Shown here in pieces: positions 18,748 to 26,545 of a stretch of 30,570 bases of DNA. The first letter of the stretch is position 1. Each line of letters begins with the position of its first letter. Both the position numbers and the translations under genes were made by a program. The notes beneath the pieces are model-generated. The model saw only the letters and a program-made list of their open reading frames with translations, searched no databases and was not told the origin of the DNA. Source of the stretch: Pseudobacteriovorax sp. (GTDB lineage: Bacteria; Bdellovibrionota_B; Oligoflexia; Oligoflexales; Oligoflexaceae); assembly GCA_050293845.1 (NCBI GenBank), contig JBNKNM010000048.1, forward strand, positions 1 through 30,570, read 5' to 3'.

Positions 18748-18805
18748 TGTCTGAGTTTTGACATCCAGTCACGCTTTTGACGGCTCTATTACCATAAATT
18801 TTGAC
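18748..18805. promoter_or_regulatory. Candidate enhancer-binding-protein (FleQ/FlrA-like) sites
   Basis: TGTCTGAGTTTTGACA (18748-18763) and GTCACGCTTTTGAC (18768-18781), both GTC-N8-GAC, plus half-site TTTTGAC (18799-18805); about 145-200 bp upstream of the sigma54 promoter. Confidence 0.55.
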
Positions 18806-18817
18806 ACGGTAGAACTT

Positions 18818-20056
18818 ATGAAAAAAACTCTGACCCTTTTCAGCTCTTTGTTATGTACAGGGGTCGTCTACGGTAACGACCTGAACATCAATGCTGAAGC
18901 TGAAGCTCATTTTACCTACCTGGACGCCATCGATGCGACTAAGCTATCGCTGACTACCCAAAGAAACACTACGACCACCGACTCCTTAGATAGTAGCACG
19001 CGTACCTTAGGTCTAAACTATTTTGCATTGAGTCTACATTTGCGCCACAAGGATTCGTCTTTTTATATTAATTTTCGCCCCGATGCAAACCTTCGCCGCA
19101 ATGGGGAAGTCAACAGTCTTAGTACTGAATGGGATTCCAGATCAGGCGACGTTTACCAAGCAGCACCCTCTATCCGTCTCTTAGATTTATACGAACTTCG
19201 TCTGCTTGATACCGATAGCTATCTATTTTCATATGGTGTGTTCGATCGGGTGGAGAATTATCAATTCTTTTATTCTAATAGGATGGAGTTTGGTTTACGT
19301 CCCCAATTTCCAAGGAAATATTCTGCGCTAAAATTTAGTTGGAAAACGAACTACGATGACCCTAACACTAGTTTGGAAAAGGGTAATTATTCCGGCTATC
19401 ACATTACTGTAATGACCTTGGAAAATACTAATGATAGGCATGAAAAACTTACTAAAAGCGATCATTCCGATGATCTGGCACCTAGCTCTTTAGACCCATA
19501 CACGGGGGGAGCTTTGGTGATAAAATGGATCAACCATAACCAATCGACACTATCGCTTTTTTCGGGATACCTTGATTCCAAGGTGGACTTTGGCAAAAAA
19601 AACCAGCTACTAGCTTCTATCGCCGGGCAGACTTACCTTAAAATCGATGATTCACCTCTGCTTATAAGCTATGAATCAAGATTTGTGAAAGAAAGGTGGA
19701 CAATCTCGGAAGGCCGTATTCCAGAAGTAGAGCAAATCAGTCACCAACTTGAACTGACTTATCCTAGATCACAATGGGAAAAACTATTTCTTAGTTTTGC
19801 GATCGGAACATCAGAGCGTCCTATCGATAGCAACACCGGTAACCTTGCCACCCATCGCGGTCAGCAGCTCGTCCTGGGCTATCAAAAACGCATTTTCAGA
19901 CATTTGGCTCTGACCTTCCTCCTGTCCGATGAAACCCGCGAAAAAGAAGAGTTTGGAATTAAGTCTGGTGGCTTTAGCATTCACAACACGGACGAAAAGA
20001 GACTCAATCGCATTGCTTTGGAAATCAGCTACCAATCAAACTGGAATTTCGATTAA
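18818..20056 (+). CDS. Putative outer-membrane beta-barrel (porin-like) protein
   Basis: Signal peptide MKKTLTLFSSLLCTGVVYG from ATG 18818 (preferred to TTG 18758), alternating amphipathic strands and aromatic C-terminal strand IALEISYQSNWNF. Confidence 0.65.
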   Translation: MKKTLTLFSSLLCTGVVYGNDLNINAEAEAHFTYLDAIDATKLSLTTQRNTTTTDSLDSSTRTLGLNYFALSLHLRHKDSSFYINFRPDANLRRNGEVNSLSTEWDSRSGDVYQAAPSIRLLDLYELRLLDTDSYLFSYGVFDRVENYQFFYSNRMEFGLRPQFPRKYSALKFSWKTNYDDPNTSLEKGNYSGYHITVMTLENTNDRHEKLTKSDHSDDLAPSSLDPYTGGALVIKWINHNQSTLSLFSGYLDSKVDFGKKNQLLASIAGQTYLKIDDSPLLISYESRFVKERWTISEGRIPEVEQISHQLELTYPRSQWEKLFLSFAIGTSERPIDSNTGNLATHRGQQLVLGYQKRIFRHLALTFLLSDETREKEEFGIKSGGFSIHNTDEKRLNRIALEISYQSNWNFD

Positions 20057-20079
20057 TTTTACTGACAAGAGAGTATGGC

Positions 20080-21327
20080 ATGTATTATCGCACTTTTTTA
20101 TTAGGTATTCTATTTTTTGCCCCCTTACCTACTAAGGCCTCCATTGACATTTATGCTAAAATTGATTGCCTTACTCACACCGGAAAAAGTAAGGAGAGTC
20201 GGCAGGATTGTGCCACCTTATCTCAAGCTAAGGTACGCATCTTACATCAAATTTCCAAACGTGCTGAAGCCGAAATCAGCTTTGACCCGCTGTCAACTCC
20301 TGTGAAAACCTATAGTAATTTCCCCAAAATTTCTGAATATGCAATACCCGGCAGAAAGGATAAATCAACCGGTATTATGGATAGTTTCCGGCTAACCTGG
20401 ATGTTCCGTAACAATCTATCACTTAGTTTACAAACACATTCCGGAGCTACAACTTTGCCAGCGGACCCGTTATTAACTTTGCATGGCAATCTTCAAGATA
20501 GTTCATGGGAACAGCTTGCTATAGTAGCTGCTTATAACTTACCTATTCTGGAAGGAGCTAAAGTAAATCTCGTGATAGGTAATGGTGAAGGTGAAATCAC
20601 AAATAATCTCGACACTCAACAATATGGAGCATTTGATGCACTAATAGAAGTGAGTAGGGGAATTTTTATAAAAATGGGACTATCTATCGATGGTAATAGC
20701 CAAGGCTCAGAGCAAATGGAGTGGCTTTACGGAGAAAACTATAACGATCAGATTGGTTTTTCCACTGAACGTTACGGCTTTGCTATCCTTTCTGATGGGA
20801 CAATTCCTCAAGTCCGCGGATTGAACTTTGCCCTTGCATGGCAACGCAGTCGCGCTACAGATCTCAACAAGGAAACCCTAGCTATCCCCAGCAATCTACC
20901 CTTTAGTGAAGACAAACATTATGATGTTACTAATATTCTCCTCGAATCACCTGATACCGTTAACGAAATCACCCGAACAGTTCTACTAGCACGAACGTCC
21001 TATCGCATCCTTGACAAATATTCTTTTGCTATCGGGTACGAATCGAGGACCATTGACACGGGTGCCATATCTTTTTTTGAAGCCTGCGCTTTTATCGTGT
21101 CTGATGAATGCATTTCACCTGAAGCTCCCAATCAAGAGCTGAGCCAAAGTGCGTATACTGCGAGCCTGTCTAGCGAAATTACTGAAGGATTGACATTTTC
21201 CTTGGAGTACGGCAAATCTTCCTACGGTAAGCTTTATCGTTACTTTAATTTCATCGCCAACGATAAGCAAAAAAAGAAAAGTCGTGATGTTATTAATGCC
21301 AGAATCAATTATAATTTTCGCCCCTAG
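20080..21327 (+). CDS. Putative outer-membrane beta-barrel (OprO/OprP-like porin) protein
   Basis: Signal peptide ending TKA, amphipathic strands, GNGEG…N.D motif reminiscent of OprO/P-like porins, and C-terminal INARINYNF strand. Confidence 0.65.
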   Translation: MYYRTFLLGILFFAPLPTKASIDIYAKIDCLTHTGKSKESRQDCATLSQAKVRILHQISKRAEAEISFDPLSTPVKTYSNFPKISEYAIPGRKDKSTGIMDSFRLTWMFRNNLSLSLQTHSGATTLPADPLLTLHGNLQDSSWEQLAIVAAYNLPILEGAKVNLVIGNGEGEITNNLDTQQYGAFDALIEVSRGIFIKMGLSIDGNSQGSEQMEWLYGENYNDQIGFSTERYGFAILSDGTIPQVRGLNFALAWQRSRATDLNKETLAIPSNLPFSEDKHYDVTNILLESPDTVNEITRTVLLARTSYRILDKYSFAIGYESRTIDTGAISFFEACAFIVSDECISPEAPNQELSQSAYTASLSSEITEGLTFSLEYGKSSYGKLYRYFNFIANDKQKKKSRDVINARINYNFRP

Positions 21328-21393
21328 CATATTTGCTGGGAAGAGGTCTTGCGTCAAAAAGGCTCTCTGGCTTTACTCGCAATGGGAGAAAAA

Positions 21394-21903
21394 ATGAAAC
21401 TAGGAAAGACTCTACTAAAAACTCTAGCAACTTTTGGGGTTTTAACTCTTACAGGTTGTAATGCTTGCACCGAGCAGCACGATCCGAGAGCTGATCATCA
21501 AAAGTTTTCTGAGGAAAGGCAAACAGCCAACCAGGAACTACCAACCCTAAATGAAGATGGCTCATTACCCAAAAAAGAGCTAGCCATGAATGACATGAAT
21601 GAAAAATCCCAAGCTAGTGACCAATCAAATGCAGGAGAGCAGAAGTACGCCCAGTTCTGTGTCGCCTGTCATGGTGCCGATGGTACCGCTAGCGGACCAG
21701 CGGCAGCAGCTATGAACCCCAAACCCCGTAACTTTACCGACGCAGCTTGGCAGGACTCCGTCGACGATGCGCATATAGCCAAGGTGATCAAAGAAGGGGG
21801 AGCAGCTGTAGGATTAAGTCCGACAATGGCACCCTGGGGAGCTGTGGTTTCGGATGAAGAAATCACCCAGATCATTGCCAAAATCCGCGGCTTCAAAAAA
21901 TAG
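21394..21903 (+). CDS. Lipoprotein monoheme c-type cytochrome
   Basis: ATG 21394 with GGAG RBS, lipobox LTGC, heme motif CVACH, PKPRNFTD and distal Met in TMAPW. Confidence 0.9.
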   Translation: MKLGKTLLKTLATFGVLTLTGCNACTEQHDPRADHQKFSEERQTANQELPTLNEDGSLPKKELAMNDMNEKSQASDQSNAGEQKYAQFCVACHGADGTASGPAAAAMNPKPRNFTDAAWQDSVDDAHIAKVIKEGGAAVGLSPTMAPWGAVVSDEEITQIIAKIRGFKK

Positions 21904-21982
21904 GTATCATCACTTTTTAGCACTACCTTAATATTGCTATAGCAAGCTTCGGATGGGTGAGATTGCACATCCGGAATTTAAG

Positions 21983-22004
21983 AAGGCCCCAAAAGGGCCT
22001 TTTT
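21983..22004. terminator. Intrinsic (likely bidirectional) terminator
   Basis: AAGGCCC-CAAAA-GGGCCTT followed by TTT, between the convergent cytochrome c gene and lysC. Confidence 0.75.
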
Positions 22005-23259
22005 AACTATCAGACTTCACAAAGCCTTTATGTAAAACCTGCGCGGCCGCATCAGCTTTATCAGCCGCCACTAAGCACGAGATCTTTATTTCTGAAGTGG
22101 AAATCATATGGACTTCGATATCTTTCTCAGCCAGTAATAAAAAACATTCACTAGCTACACCAGGATGACTTTGCATCCCTAGGCCAACCACCGATACCTT
22201 TGCCATTTTTGATTCATGTTCGATAACAATATCACTATCAACTTTTTGTTTCCATAACTGGAGTAACTCTAAGGTTTTTTCCAAATCATTTTCAAATATG
22301 GAAAAACCTAAGCGTAACGCATTGCGTTGATCCGACTTATTATGAACGATAATATCTACATTAATGCCTGCACTGGCAATACACGCAAAAATCTCTGACA
22401 TAATATGAGACTGGGGAGGTAAGCAGTCTATCGTTATACGCACGACATCTCTGGCGAGGGTTACACCTGAAACAACGGGAGCTTCGAGTCTTTGTTGCTC
22501 ATTTAAACTCATAATCTTTGTCCTTGCTGAGTTATTTTTTTTAAAGGTATTTCTGACGACAATAGGCATTTTGTACTTAGCCCCCAGCTCGACACATCGC
22601 GCATGGAGCACCTTACTTCCCAAAGAAGCCATTTCCAATGCAACCTCAAAGTCCATCACTTTGTTTAATTTTGCTTCAGGAACCACACGGGGATCTGCCG
22701 TAAAAACACCGTCAACATCGGTATTGATTTCACAAAATCCGGCACGAAGAGCTACAGCAAGGGCTACAGCACTGGTATCGGACCCCCCGCGCCCTAAAGT
22801 TGTGATTTCGCCATCGGGGCTCACACCCTGAAACCCTGCAATAACAGGAATCATGCCTTGTTGCCATGAATCGTGAAGTCGCTGGCAATTAATTTTTTGA
22901 ATCCTAGCCCTAGAATGAAACTCATCTGTAAAGATACCTAATTGGTGAGCTAAAAAGCCCCGGGCCTTCAATCCTTCCGCTTCTAAAGCTGCTGCCATCA
23001 AAGCCACAGATACCTGCTCTCCCGCAGCAACAGCCGTATCATAGTGCTGGGCTGATGCAGTACCACTGATGCTATCAATGAGCTCCACCAATCGGTTGGT
23101 CTCACCTGACATGGCACTCACCACAATAGCAATCTGTTTATGACCATCCGCTACCTGTTTACTAATCCGTTTGGCAATGTTTTTAATGCGATCAACATTG
23201 CCAACGGAAGTTCCTCCGTACTTCTGAACTATCGGTTTATTCGCGGACATATGGTACAT
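22003..23259 (-). CDS. lysC: Aspartate kinase with two ACT domains
   Basis: VQKYGGTSV, VVSAM, TLGRGGSDTSAVALA, TDVDGVFTADPR and ISTSEIKIS; RBS GAGAGG. Confidence 0.97.
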   Translation of the reverse strand: MYHMSANKPIVQKYGGTSVGNVDRIKNIAKRISKQVADGHKQIAIVVSAMSGETNRLVELIDSISGTASAQHYDTAVAAGEQVSVALMAAALEAEGLKARGFLAHQLGIFTDEFHSRARIQKINCQRLHDSWQQGMIPVIAGFQGVSPDGEITTLGRGGSDTSAVALAVALRAGFCEINTDVDGVFTADPRVVPEAKLNKVMDFEVALEMASLGSKVLHARCVELGAKYKMPIVVRNTFKKNNSARTKIMSLNEQQRLEAPVVSGVTLARDVVRITIDCLPPQSHIMSEIFACIASAGINVDIIVHNKSDQRNALRLGFSIFENDLEKTLELLQLWKQKVDSDIVIEHESKMAKVSVVGLGMQSHPGVASECFLLLAEKDIEVHMISTSEIKISCLVAADKADAAAQVLHKGFVKSDS

Positions 23260-23591
23260 AATATAGCCTCTCTAGTATGAGCTGATGCTCAAGCGTCTAT
23301 TATACGGACCCTGTATCGTAGGGCCCTAAACTTATTGTATTATTGTGTCAAGACCAAAGAGTTCTAGGACGAGAAGTCTATCCCAGTTGTAAAAACGGTT
23401 CTTCACTGCATTGCCGCAACAAAAGTTGAATTTTTTAGAACCCACATCTATCTCTTGGAACAATCAAATAAAACCTGCCCACTTGTCTGTTTTGTTTTCT
23501 ACAAGCTGGATGTATATACTAGATCATTTAGGCTTGCAACTGACGGCTATACAAAAAACATCCCTTTGACCTATTTAAAAGGAAAACAATC

Positions 23592-24566
23592 ATGATTGTA
23601 GTAACCGGTGGTGGTGGATTTATTGGCAGTGCTCTTATTTGGTCTCTCAACAACATGGGAGTGGACCATATTGTTTCAGTGGACAAGCTAGGGATGGGAG
23701 ATAAGTGGAAGAATCTTGTGAAACGAAACTTCCAATATAATATTAACACAGACGCATTCTTATCCTGGTTGGAAGCAAGTCCCGAAAAGCCTCAGGCAAT
23801 CTTTCACATGGGAGCCTGCTCCTCGACTACCGAGCGCGATGCCGACTTTTTGATGGAAAATAATGTTCACTATTCCCGCAAGCTATGGGAATACTGCACT
23901 GAACAGCAGATCCCCTTTATATACGCCTCATCGGCGGCGACATATGGAGCCGAGGAAAGCAACTTTAGCGATTCCCACAGCCAGGTAGATTCGTTAAGAC
24001 CCATCAATAAATATGGTTGGAGCAAACAGCTTTTCGACCGCTGGGTACTGCAGCAGGAGCAGATGCCACCGAAATGGCATGGATTAAAGTTTTTTAATGT
24101 ATACGGCCCCCAAGAGTACCATAAGGGCTCCCAAGCAAGCGTCGTCTTCCACGCCTTCCCCCAAATTCTGAATCAGGGTCGACTACGTTTGTTTAAATCC
24201 TATCGTCCGGAAATTAGCCATGGTCAACAAGCTAGAGATTTCGTCTATATCAAGGATGTCGTTAATGTTATGATACATTTATGGCAGTCGCCTGCAGCTA
24301 GTAGTGGGATCTATAATCTCGGCACGGGAAAGGCCCGTACCTTCTCCGATCTTGGGCGCAGTGTCTTTTCTGCGTTAAATAAGCAGGAGCAATTCGATTG
24401 GATTCCTATGCCCGACAGTATTCGCAACCAGTATCAGTATTTTACCCAGGCCGATCTATCTAAGTTAAAAACAGACGGTGGCTATCAACAAGAGTTTTAT
24501 AGCCTCGAAGCTGGAGTAGAGGACTATATCTGCCAATACCTTATGAAAGAAGACCCCTTTCTTTAG
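23592..24566 (+). CDS. hldD: ADP-L-glycero-D-manno-heptose 6-epimerase
   Basis: MIVVTGGGGFIGS, FHMGACSSTTE, YASSAATYG, YGWSK, FFNVYGPQEYHKG and YQYFTQAD. Confidence 0.96.
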   Translation: MIVVTGGGGFIGSALIWSLNNMGVDHIVSVDKLGMGDKWKNLVKRNFQYNINTDAFLSWLEASPEKPQAIFHMGACSSTTERDADFLMENNVHYSRKLWEYCTEQQIPFIYASSAATYGAEESNFSDSHSQVDSLRPINKYGWSKQLFDRWVLQQEQMPPKWHGLKFFNVYGPQEYHKGSQASVVFHAFPQILNQGRLRLFKSYRPEISHGQQARDFVYIKDVVNVMIHLWQSPAASSGIYNLGTGKARTFSDLGRSVFSALNKQEQFDWIPMPDSIRNQYQYFTQADLSKLKTDGGYQQEFYSLEAGVEDYICQYLMKEDPFL

Positions 24567-24642
24567 GAGAGAATTTTTACTTACAAATTGACTTCTCCCA
24601 TATTTATAGGAAAGGGATTCCTTAATCACGCGCTGCGGTTTA

Positions 24643-24662
24643 GTAAGGTCGTTGGACCTTAC
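24643..24662. other. Perfect 8-bp hairpin downstream of hldD
   Basis: GTAAGGTC-GTTG-GACCTTAC; no adjacent U-tract. Confidence 0.5.
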
Positions 24663-25008
24663 ACCCAAAATTTTTCGAATTCCTTAAAATTATTAACTTA
24701 TTTTTCAATTTTCCGATTCGGATTCTATAAATGGAAAACCCATGACGAGCGAAAATCTAATGGTTTCTATAACACCTCGCTTTGCGCCTCATATCCCCAT
24801 GGGTAAATCAAAGGGCTTTACGGTGTTTTTTCAGTAAATTTCAACTTTCTTTATTGGAGCGAATCAGTTAGTGATAGCTCCTTCAAAGTTCTCTGCGCAT
24901 AGACTATTGCTATCTGCCAGTTTAAACTACGATTAGGAACCATAGGCACACCGATCATAGTTGATTTGTTAAAGCTTCGTGACACTTTTAATTTTGAGGA
25001 GATTGGGA

Positions 25009-25359
25009 ATGGATATCAAAACACATATACAAGAAGGCGTCCGATTGCTTTGTGGAATAGAAGAGGGTACCCTACCATCATCGGAATGCTTCAATATCAT
25101 AGATAAGATTGACTATGTAATAACTAGCTTGATTGTACGTTATCTGCGCAAAAAATATCCTGCAACCAAACAAGCTTCGGCTGGCGTCATGGGGCGTTTA
25201 GTAGATCTCACGGGAACCTATCCGCAAGTGGTCCAGCTGGTCAAAAAAGGAGAACAAGATCCCATCAGTGAATGGTTTGATGAAACTTACTCTTTTCGTG
25301 AATTCTACGAAAATCCTGAGAGCTTCGTTTCTCTCATAGTTGAAAAAATTGAGGGTTAA
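25009..25359 (+). CDS. Hypothetical cytoplasmic alpha-helical protein (116 aa)
   Basis: ATG 25009 with RBS GAGGAG (24996-25001); protein-like composition; no recognised motif. Confidence 0.8.
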   Translation: MDIKTHIQEGVRLLCGIEEGTLPSSECFNIIDKIDYVITSLIVRYLRKKYPATKQASAGVMGRLVDLTGTYPQVVQLVKKGEQDPISEWFDETYSFREFYENPESFVSLIVEKIEG

Positions 25360-25442
25360 AAACATCGCCTATTGTAAGATTGGCACAACATAGCAATCGA
25401 TAAATTTTTCGGCTTCTGGTTATAACCTATTGGCCCCAACAC

Positions 25443-26192
25443 TTAATCATCCGGCTTCTGACAGCTTATGACTTCCAGGGTCTGGTGATTTTCATCGGTA
25501 GGCACCAATTCGATGGCGGTAGCAGCTCCCTGTTCCAGGTAGATAAGACCTGTAAGCTTGACAAAAGGGATGACCGGTTGTCCATCTTCAACATAGAGCA
25601 CAATCGCCCTCTCAGTAACTGGACTCGGTTCCTCTTCAGTTATAGCAAAGCTCCCCTTTAAGAAGATCGAAGCACCATTGTGGTTTTCATGATATAGCAA
25701 GAACTGCTGGCCAGAAAAATTCAGCAGCCATTCCACACCTCCCTGCTGGCAAAACCAACGATACTCTTCAGGGCTTTCCAAGGTTGCGTCAGGGCGCTTA
25801 AGGCGCAGCAGATGATTCTTTCCCGTCAGCAGCAATTCACCTTCATAAAGCTGATACTCATAATCCACTATAGCTCCAGCGATAGCCAGTTCCTCAAGCT
25901 CGGATACCTGAACGCGCAATGTAAGAGATTGCAGCTGGGGAAAATCATCATAGACTCCCGAGGCACTACCCGCCTTACCAATGCGATTTAACTCAAAATC
26001 TCCGGCAGCGCTAAGCTTTAAGCTAATATCAGTTATGACATCATAATCCCCTTCAACGGCCTTGATGATGCCCTGCCAAAGTCCAAGAATTCCGCTCTGA
26101 TAACCGCCATTCTGTTGGGGTTCATCCGCTTTTTCACAGGCCCCTAAACCTATGCAAATCGTTAAAAATACTAGGGAGAGTTTAAAAGACAT
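25443..26192 (-). CDS. Hypothetical lipoprotein, possibly two lipocalin-like beta domains
   Basis: ATG 26192 with RBS GGAGGA, lipobox LGAC, ILGLWQG (G-x-W) start of a beta-rich domain. Confidence 0.75.
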   Translation of the reverse strand: MSFKLSLVFLTICIGLGACEKADEPQQNGGYQSGILGLWQGIIKAVEGDYDVITDISLKLSAAGDFELNRIGKAGSASGVYDDFPQLQSLTLRVQVSELEELAIAGAIVDYEYQLYEGELLLTGKNHLLRLKRPDATLESPEEYRWFCQQGGVEWLLNFSGQQFLLYHENHNGASIFLKGSFAITEEEPSPVTERAIVLYVEDGQPVIPFVKLTGLIYLEQGAATAIELVPTDENHQTLEVISCQKPDD

Positions 26193-26283
26193 TGCAAATC
26201 CTCCACGACTCACCTAGTATTGTACACCATGTCAGTATAACAGATAGATATTCATTGTATCTTACTGATACTAAAGGATAAAA

Positions 26284-26544
26284 ATGAAAGACATGACATC
26301 AAACTTCCGAGAACAGCTGAATCAAGCCTACCAGTGGCCCGCGATCTATACGTTCAAATTTGTGGTGCCCAAGAGCAAACACTCCGCATTGCTAGCGGCT
26401 GTTCCCTCTGGAGATATTTCAGAGAGACGATCATCATCGGGAAAGTATATCTCTGTAACGATCAAAGCTAAAATGCAGAGCGCTCAAGAGGTTGTTAGCA
26501 TTTACCAAGGCATGAGCTTAATTGAAGGGGTTATTTCCCTTTAG
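26284..26544 (+). CDS. DUF493/YbeD-family ACT-like protein
   Basis: WPAIYTFKFVV and SSSGKYISVTI motifs; 86 aa; RBS AAGGA. Confidence 0.88.
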   Translation: MKDMTSNFREQLNQAYQWPAIYTFKFVVPKSKHSALLAAVPSGDISERRSSSGKYISVTIKAKMQSAQEVVSIYQGMSLIEGVISL

Positions 26545-26545
26545 G

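Noticed and set aside
23297..23351. Perfect TTGACA and TATAAT upstream of lysC flanking a small hairpin
   Set aside because: They are 41 nt apart, not about 17, so they cannot be called one sigma70 promoter.
23260..23591. Lysine riboswitch upstream of lysC
   Set aside because: Only a loose AGATAGATG resemblance; the conserved AGAGGUGC, GAAAGG and GCCGAA elements and an expression-platform terminator are not seen.
24770..24800. Minus-strand GGCGCAAAGC resembling a c-di-GMP-I riboswitch core
   Set aside because: No upstream GGCAAA/GNRA stem and no tetraloop receptor; orientation is not toward a gene start.
24465..24806. ORFs 24588..24806 (+) and 24465..24668 (-)
   Set aside because: TTG starts without an RBS, no protein-like features; the second overlaps hldD antisense.
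25381..25395. TGGCACAACATAGCA sigma54-like site
   Set aside because: GG-to-GC spacing is 9 rather than 10, and it lies between convergent genes.
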